Positions 48,593 to 57,442 of a stretch of DNA of 64,000 nt are shown one piece after another. The stretch spans positions 3,296,001 through 3,360,000 of the forward strand of contig OY970192.1 in assembly GCA_963708135.1 (NCBI GenBank), written 5' to 3'. Position 1 is the stretch's first letter; every line of letters starts with the position of its first letter. The position numbers and the translations under genes are program-made. The notes below the pieces were generated by a model. That model saw only the letters and a list, made by a program, of their open reading frames with translations, did not search any database and was not told the origin of the DNA. Origin of the DNA: an uncultured Gemmatimonadales bacterium (GTDB lineage: Bacteria > Gemmatimonadota > Gemmatimonadetes > Longimicrobiales > RSA9).

Positions 48593-50512
48593 TCAGTACT
48601 TCACCGTCCACCGGTCGTTCGACGTGTCGGCGTCCATCCAGATCCCGCCGTCGAGGGTGAGCGACTGGAGCGTCTTGCCGGTATGCACGGTGACGGTGGC
48701 CTTGGCCTGGTCGGGCGCCCAGATGGCGGGGGTCTCGTGCACGGTCTCGGTGGTGCCGTCGCCGTAGGTGAGGACGAGGTTCACGGGCGCGGGCATCCCG
48801 CCGACGTTCTCGAGGCTCACGGTATAGCCGCCGCTGGTCTTCTTCACCCCGCGGACGGCCAGGTCGATGTAGCCGTTGGAGAAGAACCAGTCGCGCCAGA
48901 ACCAGTCCAGGCCGCGGCTGGCCACGCCGTCGAACGTGTAGAAGAAGTCCCACGGCTGCGGGTGCTTGCCGTTCCAGCGCGCGATGTACGCCCGCAGGCA
49001 CTGCTTGAAGAGCCGGTCGCCGAGCAGGTCCTTCATGGCCAGGTAGCCGAGCGCCGCCTTGCCGTAGGCGTTGTCGCCGTAGGCGACCCCGCCCAGCACG
49101 TCCGCCGGCGTCACGATCGGCAGGTCGGATAGCGGCGAGGGGTTGTGGATCCAGCGGTTCACGCGGAAGCTCCGGAACAGCGACGTCGCCTTCGGCAGCC
49201 CCATGTCGGCGCTGTTGATGAGATACTCGAACGTCGTCGCCCAGCCCTCGTCCATGAACGCGTAGCGGGTCTCGTCGATGCCCATGTAGAACGGCATGTA
49301 GGTGTGCGCGATCTCGTGGTCGGCCACGAAGCGCGAGAAGCTGGTGTCCGGCACGGAGCCGTCGTTCACCATCATCGGATACTCCATGTCCGCGCTTCCC
49401 TGCACGATGGTGCTCTTCGGGTACGGGTACGGCACGCCCGGCCAGTTGTGGGAGAACCAGTCCAGCGCGTGCTCCCCGAAGCCGACCATGTAGTGGAAGT
49501 CCTCGGCGCTGTCGTCGTAGGCCGCCTGCACGCTCGCGCGCCGGTGCGCCGCCTCGTCCACCAGCACGCTGCCGGCGTCCCAGTCGTAGTGGTTCGACAG
49601 CGCGAAGGCCACGTCCGGCACGTAGCGCGACTCGAAGCGCCAGGCGTTGACGGAGTCCGGCTTCGTGACCTGCCCGCCGGCGAGCTGCGCCCCCGTCGCC
49701 ACGTGGATCGTGCCATCGGCGGTGAGCGAGCTCCGGTAGCGCGCGAGCGGCTCCGGCTGCAGCACGGCGGCCGCGTCGCCGAGCATCCCCGTCCCCCACA
49801 CCACGTAGTTCGCCGGCACGCGCACGGTGACGTCGTAGTCGTTGAAGTCGCTGTAGAACTCGTGCCCGGTGTGCTCCATGGTGTCCCACCCGTCCACGTC
49901 GTCGTAGACGGCGACGCGCGGGTAGAAGTACGCCAGGAAGTAGGTCGTGGAGTCGAGCATCCCCTCCCGCCCCGCCCGCTTCGAGACGTCGTAATGCCAG
50001 TCGAAGGCGAGGCGCACGGAGTCGTGGGGCGCAAGCGGCTGCGGCAGCTTCACGGACTGCCACGTCACCGACCGCCCGCTCTCCTTCCACTCCTGCGGCT
50101 GCCCGTTCACGGCGAAGCGGTCGATGTGCGTGCCGGACGTCAGGAAGTCGGGCGACGTCGCCCCCCCGCGCGCCGCGGTCGGGCGGTGGAAGTTCTCGAA
50201 CAGCTTGATCACGAGGCTCGGCAGCGTGTCCGGGCTGTCGTTCCGGTACACGATCTCCTCGCTCCCCGTGATCTGCCGGTCGGGCGGCATCGCGCTCACC
50301 GTGATCCGGTAGCGCGCGTGGTTCTCCCAGTACCGCGGCCCCGGCTCGCCGCTGAGCGTCCGGGTGCCCTTCGCCACCGCCTGCTTGAAGGTGCGCGGCA
50401 TGTAGAGGTGCTGCGCGGCGGCCGGCGCCGGCAGGAAGGCCAGGCCCAGCAGCGGCGGGAGCCAGCCTTGCCGGAAGCTGCGGCCCGCCGGCGCGGGGGA
50501 GGTGGTTGTCAT
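48593..50512 (-). CDS. M1 family (gluzincin) aminopeptidase, exported
   Basis: MEYP, HEIAH, FMDEG, NAYGK. Confidence 0.9.
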   Translation of the reverse strand: MTTTSPAPAGRSFRQGWLPPLLGLAFLPAPAAAQHLYMPRTFKQAVAKGTRTLSGEPGPRYWENHARYRITVSAMPPDRQITGSEEIVYRNDSPDTLPSLVIKLFENFHRPTAARGGATSPDFLTSGTHIDRFAVNGQPQEWKESGRSVTWQSVKLPQPLAPHDSVRLAFDWHYDVSKRAGREGMLDSTTYFLAYFYPRVAVYDDVDGWDTMEHTGHEFYSDFNDYDVTVRVPANYVVWGTGMLGDAAAVLQPEPLARYRSSLTADGTIHVATGAQLAGGQVTKPDSVNAWRFESRYVPDVAFALSNHYDWDAGSVLVDEAAHRRASVQAAYDDSAEDFHYMVGFGEHALDWFSHNWPGVPYPYPKSTIVQGSADMEYPMMVNDGSVPDTSFSRFVADHEIAHTYMPFYMGIDETRYAFMDEGWATTFEYLINSADMGLPKATSLFRSFRVNRWIHNPSPLSDLPIVTPADVLGGVAYGDNAYGKAALGYLAMKDLLGDRLFKQCLRAYIARWNGKHPQPWDFFYTFDGVASRGLDWFWRDWFFSNGYIDLAVRGVKKTSGGYTVSLENVGGMPAPVNLVLTYGDGTTETVHETPAIWAPDQAKATVTVHTGKTLQSLTLDGGIWMDADTSNDRWTVKY

Positions 50513-50773
50513 GGCGGGTCGTGCCTCTCCGTTCGCGGATCCCACTCGGTGCGATGGACGCCGGGCAACCTGGCCCGGGCCGGGCGTCCGCGCCAGCGGG
50601 CGCCGGCCCCCTATACGGCACCAGGCGCCGCGAGGATCCATGGCCGTCCGCGGCGGCGCGGAAGTCGGGGCGGGCGACGCGCGCCGGGCCGCGCCGTCGC
50701 TTGCCTCCCGCAGCCCGGAGCCCTACCCTCCGCCCCGGGCAACCCCGGAACCTCGCTGGTGGAGGGCAGGACC

Positions 50774-52465
50774 ATGCGCACCCCGCGGTGGAAGGCAGCG
50801 GCCCTCCTGGCCGGCCTGGTGATGCTGGCGACGTCGCCCGCGCACGTGCTCGCGCAGCGCCTGCCCCGGACGGTGCCGGAGCGCACCGGCTACGACAGCA
50901 CCTCGAGCACGCGCCAGGTGGCCGTCTTCCTCGACAGCCTGCTCGCCGCCGGCGCGCCGGTGACGCTCGGCAGCATGGGCCGCACGGCGGAGGGCCGTCC
51001 GCTCCTGCTGGCCATCGCCTCCGACCCGCGCGTGACGAGCCCCCGCGAGGCCGCCCGCTCCGGCAAGCTCGTGGTCTACATCCAGGCCAACATCCACGGC
51101 GGCGAGGTGGAGGGGAAGGAGGCGGTGCAGGAGCTGCTGCGCGAGATGGCGGGCCCGCGCCGCGAGCTGCTCTCGAAGCTGATCCTGCTCGTGGCGCCGG
51201 TCTACAACGCGGACGGCAACGACGCCCTCGGCCCCGTCGCCGAGAACCGGTCGGAGCAGGACGGGCCGCCGCTGGTGGGCCTCCGCCCCGACGGCCTGAA
51301 GCTGGACCTCAACCGCGACTACCTGAAGGCCGAGGCGCCCGAGACGCGCGCCTCCCTCGAGCGCATCTACGACACGTGGGATCCCGCGCTCATGATGGAC
51401 CTGCACACGACCGACGGCACGCTGCACGGCTACCTGCTCACCTACTCGCCGCCGCTCGAGCCGAACGGGCCGCCGGGGCCGATCGCCTTCGCGCAGGACA
51501 CGCTGCTCCCCGCCGTGCGCGCCACCATGCAGCGCCAGTACGGCGAGCCCGTCTTCCCCTACGGCAACGTGCGCGACCCGCTGCACCCGGAGGCGTGGAC
51601 GACCTACTCGCCGCTCGCGTGGTACGGCACCAACTACGTGGGCCTGCGCGGCCGCATCGCGATCCTCAGCGAGGCCTACTCGCACGCCGACTTCCGCACC
51701 CGCATCAAGGTCACCCACGACTTCGTCGTCACCGTGCTCGAGTACGCCGCGGCGCACGCGGACGAGATCCGTCGCCTGGAACAAGAGGCGGACCGGCGCA
51801 CCACCCTGGAGGGTGCAGGCGACGTCGCCCGCCCCGCGCTCGCGGTGGACTTCACGCCCGCCCGGCGTGGCACGGAGCCGGTGGTGCTGCGCCGCATGCG
51901 CGCTGCCGGCACGACACCCTCCGGGCGGCCCCGCCTCGAGCCGACGGACCGGCTGGACACGCTCCGCCTGCCGGTCTACGACCGCTTCGTGGCGTCGCGG
52001 ACGCAGACGTTGCCGGGCGGCTACATCCTGCCGCCCGCGGAAGGGCGCACGGCCGCCCTGCTCCGGCTGCACGGCATCCAGGTGCGGCGGCTGCTCGCCG
52101 CCTGGACCGGCGCCGGCCAGGTGTTCCGGATCGACAGCCTCGCGTGGGGCGGGGACGAGTTCCAGGGGCACCACCTGCTGGCCGTGCGCGGCGCCTGGGA
52201 CGCGGCCCGGCTGAGCGTGCCCGCCGGCGCCTACTACATCAGCACCGCGCAGCCGCTCGGCCGGCTCGTCTTCGCGCTGCTCGAGCCCGAGGCGTACGGC
52301 CTCCCCCGCTGGAACGTCTTCGACCGCCTGCTCGGCTCCGAGGAGGGCGCGCTCTCGGGGCTGGTCTACGGCTCGAACCCGCTCGGGACGTTCCCCGTCC
52401 AGCGCGTGGACCGCGACCCGCCGGTGCCGATGCGTACGCTCGGGCCGGGCGGACCCGAGCGCTGA
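50774..52465 (+). CDS. M14 family zinc carboxypeptidase, exported
   Basis: NIHGGEVEG (HxxE), YNADG, DLNRD, DLHT. Confidence 0.9.
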   Translation: MRTPRWKAAALLAGLVMLATSPAHVLAQRLPRTVPERTGYDSTSSTRQVAVFLDSLLAAGAPVTLGSMGRTAEGRPLLLAIASDPRVTSPREAARSGKLVVYIQANIHGGEVEGKEAVQELLREMAGPRRELLSKLILLVAPVYNADGNDALGPVAENRSEQDGPPLVGLRPDGLKLDLNRDYLKAEAPETRASLERIYDTWDPALMMDLHTTDGTLHGYLLTYSPPLEPNGPPGPIAFAQDTLLPAVRATMQRQYGEPVFPYGNVRDPLHPEAWTTYSPLAWYGTNYVGLRGRIAILSEAYSHADFRTRIKVTHDFVVTVLEYAAAHADEIRRLEQEADRRTTLEGAGDVARPALAVDFTPARRGTEPVVLRRMRAAGTTPSGRPRLEPTDRLDTLRLPVYDRFVASRTQTLPGGYILPPAEGRTAALLRLHGIQVRRLLAAWTGAGQVFRIDSLAWGGDEFQGHHLLAVRGAWDAARLSVPAGAYYISTAQPLGRLVFALLEPEAYGLPRWNVFDRLLGSEEGALSGLVYGSNPLGTFPVQRVDRDPPVPMRTLGPGGPER

Positions 52466-52537
52466 CGGGCGGACGCGGGCGCCGAGGGCCGGGCCCGGGC
52501 GCCGAGGGACCGGCCCGGGCGCCGAGCGAACCGCCCC

Positions 52538-53008
52538 TCAGGACCGCTCGTCCCCGACCACCTCCGCGAGCGCATCGAGCAGCGGCGTCTGACCGGCCAG
52601 GATCCGGCGGCGCGCCTCGGCCAGGTCGAACCATTCCGCCCGGTCAACTTCCGGGAAGGAGCGCATCCTGCCGGAGCGCGGCGGCCACTCGATCGTGAAC
52701 TCGTTGCTGCGGAGCGCCGCCGGGTCCACGTCGGCCTCGACCGCCCAGGCGTGCACGAGCTTGCCGGCCTTCTGCCTCACCGAGCCGAGCGGCAGCGCCG
52801 TGCCCTCCGGCGCGCAGCCCGTCTCCTCGGCGAGCTCCCGCCGCGCCGCCGCCAGCGGATCCTCTCCCGGCGCCACCTCGCCCTTCGGGATCGACCACGC
52901 GCCCGCATCCTTCCGGGCCCAGAACGGCCCGCCCGGGTGCACCAGCAGCACCTCGAGGCCCGCCGCGGCCCGCCGGAAGAGGAGCAGGCCCGCGCTCACC
53001 GCGGCCAC
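52538..53008 (-). CDS. NUDIX domain protein
   Basis: VHPGGPFW, WSIPKGE...AARRELAEETG, FPEVDRAEWF. Confidence 0.9.
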   Translation of the reverse strand: MAAVSAGLLLFRRAAAGLEVLLVHPGGPFWARKDAGAWSIPKGEVAPGEDPLAAARRELAEETGCAPEGTALPLGSVRQKAGKLVHAWAVEADVDPAALRSNEFTIEWPPRSGRMRSFPEVDRAEWFDLAEARRRILAGQTPLLDALAEVVGDERS

Positions 53009-53046
53009 TCAGGTCCTCCCTCGGTCCGACGCATCGCGCTGGTCCA

Positions 53047-55785
53047 TCACCTCGTTCCAACCTCCGCCACCCAAATGTCGCTCTCGCGATCGCCGAGGGT
53101 GAAGTAGAACCGCCCGTTGCGCACCCGGAAGCCGTAGCGGTGCCACGGTCGCGTGGGGTCGTCGAAGCGCACGGCCACCCGGGGAGGCGCGCCGGAGACC
53201 GGGGCCGCCACGATGCGCCCGATCCGTCCGGGGGCATCCGGCGAGATGTAGAAGACCGTGCGGCCATCCTCCGACCACTGCGGAAACGCCCACCCCGCCG
53301 TCGAGTACGGACTGCGCAGCCGGCGCGCCGGGCCCCCGCCGGCGGGCACGACCACAATGCCGCCGAGGCCGCACGCGCACGCGATCCAGCGTCCATCGGG
53401 CGACCAGGCGGAGAGCCCCGTCGGCGCGACGCCGTCCTTGCCGACGACCACCCGAAGCGGCCGCGGCGCCGACCAGCGGCCGTCGCGGAGCCGACTCACG
53501 ATGTCGATCTCGGGGTGCGTTCCCCAGCTCGCGAGGAGCATGAGCCGCGTGCCGTCCGGCGCCCACTCGGGGGAGCGCTCGTCCCGCGAGCCATCGGTCA
53601 CCGGGATGGCCGGCCCGCCGCCCTCGACCGGCATGGTGAAGACCTGGCGGCGGTCGCCGCGGAAGGCGTGGAAGGCGATCCGCCGGTCGTCGGGCGACCA
53701 GGACGGCCAGTAGGCGGGCGTGGTGTCGGTGGTGAGCTGCTGGGGTTCCGACGACAGCGGGTCGAGCCGCAGCCGGTACAGCTCGACCGTCCCCCTCAGG
53801 TCGGAGCTGAACGCGAGCCAGCGGCCGTCGTGGGACACGCCGATGTTCTCGATGATCTGGTCTCCCGTGGTCACGGGGCGGGCGCTGGAAACCGAGAGCC
53901 CGCCGCTCCGACTCCCCGGCACCGGCAGCGTCCACACGTTCAATGTCTCCCTGAAGCTCGCGTACGCCAGGTGGGAGCCGTCCAGCGACATGGCGATCCC
54001 CAGCGCGTTCAGGCCCGTCGTGAGGCGCACCGGCGCGCCGGCGGGGCTCCCCGATTTCGCCAGGCTCAGCTGATAGACATCCCGCGTTCCATCGCGATTG
54101 GAGACGAACAGGAGTGCCCCACCCGGCGTCCACGCGGGGCTCACGTTGGTGAAGTCGTTGCTCGTCACGCGGACCGGTCGTCCGCCGCTCGCGCGCACGA
54201 CCCAGACGCTGCTCGTTGCGCCGTTGCCCAGGTCCGCCGTGCTGATGTACTGCACGTTCCCCGACACGAACGCGATCCAGCGCCCGTCCGGCGACCACGC
54301 CGGCGAGTGCACCTCCCACCCGGTCGCGACCGCGCGCGGGGCGGCGCCATCCAGCGGCGCCGCGTAGATCGAGTCGTGGGAGACGTAGGCGAAGAACCGT
54401 CCGTCCGGGGCGGTGGTCACGCCCCGGTCGAGGTCCGTCCCGGCGACCAGCAGCCGGCGCGGACCGCCCAGTGCCGGGACGCTCTCGATGCCGCGACCGT
54501 CGATGAACACCAGCTGCTGCCCGTCCGGCACCCACGCGGGCCAGCGGCCCTTGCCATCGCCGTCGTGGACGACGCGGATCGGCTCCGCTCCGCCGAGCTG
54601 GCGGACCATCAGGACGCCACCCGCCCCGGAGTACGCCACGAGCCTGCCATCCGGCGAGAGCGCCGGGTCGAGCTCCAGGCCGGGGTCGTTCGTCACCTGC
54701 GAGACGCGCCCCAGCCGGAGTAGCGGCGCCGCGCGGCGCTTCAGCAGCTGGCTGCCCAGCACGGCAACGAGCACGACCGCAAGCACCGCCGCCGCCAATG
54801 CGACGCGGGGTACCAGCGACCTCCCGGCGCGCGGCCGATCCCCGGCGGAAGCCGGCGCTGCCGCGGGGCTCGGTTCGCCGGACCCGCTCTCGCGGGCGTT
54901 CCCCTCGGGCCTGCTCCCCTCGGCCTGCTCCGGCTCGACCGGCGGCGGCGCGACCGGTGGCGGCGCGACCGGTGGCGGCGCGCGGACGGGCGCGGCCGGC
55001 CCCGAGGGCACGGCGCCCGCGGCCGCCACGTCGCCGCGAGGTGGCGCCTCCGCCGCCCGCGGCCGCGCCCGCAGCTCCTCCACGAACGCCAGCAGCTCGG
55101 CGTCCGGCTCGAGCTCCAGCTCCCCCTCGAGCAGCAGCGCGTGAACCCGCGCGTGCCGCAGCGCCGCCGGGGCGTCTCCGCTCCGGTCGAGCGCCCGCAT
55201 GAGCCGCAGCGCCACGCGCGAGCTGTAGGGGTCCTGCGCCGCCAGCAGCCGCCACCAGCGGACCGCCTCGGCACCCTCGCCCGCCTGCTCCGCCGCCTCC
55301 GCCAGCGCCTCGAGCGCGCGCGCCCGCTCCCGCGCGAGCGTTTCCCGCTGCGCGTCCACCCACCGCTCGAGCTCGTCCGCCCCCGTCAGGAAGAAGCCGT
55401 CGAGGAACGGCGCCGCGTGCAGCACGACCGCGCGCCGCCAGTCCCGCGCCTCGAGCGCCTCGGCGAACTCCCAGGCATCGCTCGGCAGCCGCGCGGGATC
55501 CAGCCGCAGCTCGTCGCCCACGGCGACGATGCCCTCTCCACCCAGCGCCTGATTGATTCGGTACACGGAGTCCGACAGCAGCCGGCGCGCCCGCTCCGGG
55601 TCCGAGTCGGGCCACAGGTAGCCGATCAGCTTGTCGCGCGTGAGCCCGCGCTGGCGCGCCCGGGCGAGGAGCGCGAGCAGCGCCAGGCGCCGCCGCTGCA
55701 CCGCGCGACCGGTCAACGGACCGTCGGGACTCTCGATGGAGGCGCTGCCGAAGAGCTTGAGCCGGAACAATTCGCTGCGAAGCAA
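53047..55785 (-). CDS. SARP/BTAD transcriptional regulator fused via a TM helix to TolB-like (PD40) beta-propellers
   Basis: RLKLFG, TRDKLIGYLWP, FERW-like LERWV, DPYS (BTAD); TM VALAAAVLAVVLVAVLG; repeated PAWSPDG motifs. Start codon uncertain. Confidence 0.85.
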   Translation of the reverse strand: MLRSELFRLKLFGSASIESPDGPLTGRAVQRRRLALLALLARARQRGLTRDKLIGYLWPDSDPERARRLLSDSVYRINQALGGEGIVAVGDELRLDPARLPSDAWEFAEALEARDWRRAVVLHAAPFLDGFFLTGADELERWVDAQRETLARERARALEALAEAAEQAGEGAEAVRWWRLLAAQDPYSSRVALRLMRALDRSGDAPAALRHARVHALLLEGELELEPDAELLAFVEELRARPRAAEAPPRGDVAAAGAVPSGPAAPVRAPPPVAPPPVAPPPVEPEQAEGSRPEGNARESGSGEPSPAAAPASAGDRPRAGRSLVPRVALAAAVLAVVLVAVLGSQLLKRRAAPLLRLGRVSQVTNDPGLELDPALSPDGRLVAYSGAGGVLMVRQLGGAEPIRVVHDGDGKGRWPAWVPDGQQLVFIDGRGIESVPALGGPRRLLVAGTDLDRGVTTAPDGRFFAYVSHDSIYAAPLDGAAPRAVATGWEVHSPAWSPDGRWIAFVSGNVQYISTADLGNGATSSVWVVRASGGRPVRVTSNDFTNVSPAWTPGGALLFVSNRDGTRDVYQLSLAKSGSPAGAPVRLTTGLNALGIAMSLDGSHLAYASFRETLNVWTLPVPGSRSGGLSVSSARPVTTGDQIIENIGVSHDGRWLAFSSDLRGTVELYRLRLDPLSSEPQQLTTDTTPAYWPSWSPDDRRIAFHAFRGDRRQVFTMPVEGGGPAIPVTDGSRDERSPEWAPDGTRLMLLASWGTHPEIDIVSRLRDGRWSAPRPLRVVVGKDGVAPTGLSAWSPDGRWIACACGLGGIVVVPAGGGPARRLRSPYSTAGWAFPQWSEDGRTVFYISPDAPGRIGRIVAAPVSGAPPRVAVRFDDPTRPWHRYGFRVRNGRFYFTLGDRESDIWVAEVGTR

Positions 55786-55859
55786 GAGGGCATGGCGATG
55801 GCGACCACGGCCGGGCGATCACCTTGGGGCAATGTGGACGGCGGGAGATGTGACGGCAA

Positions 55860-55989
55860 GCGTGCAGCGGTTGTCCCAGAAGGCGATCGAGTTCGGCTCC
55901 CAGCGGAAGCGGCACTGGAGCCTGGGCCTCGAGCGCGACGAGCGCCGCCTCCACGTCGTCCGCCGGGACGCTGAAATGCTCCGCGACGC
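55860..55989 (-). pseudogene. Chimeric relic made of a tauD fragment and an lhr fragment
   Basis: 55860-55921 is identical to 56698-56759; 55921-55989 matches 58833-58901 with 5 mismatches. Confidence 0.85.
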
Positions 55990-56124
55990 AGTCGATCCCG
56001 CCGCGTCCCGTTCGTCGCATCACTGGAGCCGGGCCACGGCTCCGCACCCGACACGCGGACGCGGCGCCCTGACGACGCCTCGCCACGGGCCCGCGCGCTC
56101 CGCCCCACGCTGGAGGCGATCCCC

Positions 56125-56535
56125 ATGCGGCTCTTCACCTACTTGAACTACAACGGCAACTGCCGCGAGGCGTTCGAGTTCTACGCGGAACACCTCGGGG
56201 CGCGCATCGTCATGCTCACGACGCACGGCGAGGCGCCCGACCCGAGCCGGGTCCCGCCCGAGATGAAGGACGCCGTGCTTCACGCCCGCCTCGAGCTGGG
56301 CGACGGCGTGCTCCTCGGCGCCGACATCCCGAAGGCCGAGCCCATGCGCAGCGCCTATCTCACGCTCAGCCTGGACAGCAGCGAGGAGGCCGAGCGCGTC
56401 TACGCCCTGCTCTCCGACGGCGGCGAGGTCTTCATGCCCATGGAGGAGACCTTCTTCGCCCACCGCTTCGCCATGCTGCGCGACCGCTTCGGCACGTCGT
56501 GGATGCTGCTCCACGAGCGCGAGATGGGGGCGTAA
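56125..56535 (+). CDS. VOC family (PhnB-like) protein
   Basis: YLNYNGNCREAFEFY, HARL, GGEVFMPMEETFFA, DRFGTSW. Confidence 0.9.
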   Translation: MRLFTYLNYNGNCREAFEFYAEHLGARIVMLTTHGEAPDPSRVPPEMKDAVLHARLELGDGVLLGADIPKAEPMRSAYLTLSLDSSEEAERVYALLSDGGEVFMPMEETFFAHRFAMLRDRFGTSWMLLHEREMGA

Positions 56536-56608
56536 TGGCGGCCGCGCACGACCACGAGGCCGAACTGCTGCCGGTGCACTTCCTGCAGCACGCGGAAGGC
56601 GTGGCGCC

Positions 56609-57442
56609 TTACACCGCCCCCACCGGCCGCTCGCCGCGCACCGTCACCCGGTACCCCGAGCGCGTGTGCGGGAAGTAGTCCCACACCGCGAAGTGCTGCG
56701 TGCAGCGGTTGTCCCAGAAGGCGATCGAGTTCGGCTCCCAGCGGAAGCGGCACTGGAGCTCGGGGTCCTGCACGTGCCGGAACAGGAAGTCGAGCACGGC
56801 GTCGCTCTCGGCTTTCGGCACGCCCACGATGCGCGTCGTGAACATCGAGTTCACGAACAGGCACTTCCGCCCGGACACCGGGTGCACGCGCACGACCGGG
56901 TGCTCGGCGCGCGGGTAGGCGCGGCCGCCATCGTCGCGTCCGATGATGGCGTTCACCTCGCGGTAGTACGGCCCGCCGTCGTGGATCGCGGTGAGCCCCT
57001 CGAGGTACGCCTTCATCCGCTCCGACAGCGCGTCCCAGGCCGCGTACATGCTGGCGAAGAGCGTGTCTCCGCCGCTCGGCGGGACGCGGAACAGCCGCAG
57101 GATCGAGCCCATCGGCGGCTCGGGCGCGCACGAGACGTCGGAGTGCCAGGTCTGCCCCGCCACCCGCTTCGAGCGCTCGTCCGCGTGGATGACCATGACC
57201 TCGGGGTGGCCGTCCAGCCCGGGGTCGTTCGGGTGCACGTCCAGCGTGCCGAAGCGCGCGCCCAGCGCCTTGTGCGCCTCGATCGAGATGTCCTGGTCGC
57301 GGAAGAAGACCACCAGGTGCTCCGTCAGCGCATCCCGGATGAGCTCGGCCGTGGCGTCGTCGAGGTGCTCCAGCTCGACACCCAGGATCTCGGCGCCCAG
57401 CGTGGGCGTGAGCGGACGGATCTCGGGGCGGGAGGGGCTCAC
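56609..57442 (-). CDS. tauD: TauD/TfdA family Fe(II)/2-oxoglutarate dioxygenase
   Basis: WHSD, GGDTLFA, HPVVRVHP, FWDNRCTQH, R. The substrate cannot be determined from sequence. Confidence 0.88.
   Translation of the reverse strand: MSPSRPEIRPLTPTLGAEILGVELEHLDDATAELIRDALTEHLVVFFRDQDISIEAHKALGARFGTLDVHPNDPGLDGHPEVMVIHADERSKRVAGQTWHSDVSCAPEPPMGSILRLFRVPPSGGDTLFASMYAAWDALSERMKAYLEGLTAIHDGGPYYREVNAIIGRDDGGRAYPRAEHPVVRVHPVSGRKCLFVNSMFTTRIVGVPKAESDAVLDFLFRHVQDPELQCRFRWEPNSIAFWDNRCTQHFAVWDYFPHTRSGYRVTVRGERPVGAV

Noticed and set aside
55860..55989. Diversity-generating retroelement template/variable repeat pair
   Set aside because: No reverse transcriptase is in the window, the tauD part has no mismatches, and three of the five lhr mismatches are not at template adenines.
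56536..56608. Coding-like minus-strand stretch (AFRVLQEVHRQQFGLVVVRGRH) between the VOC gene and tauD
   Set aside because: It may be a gene remnant, but it is too short to assign and has no start codon or recognisable motif.
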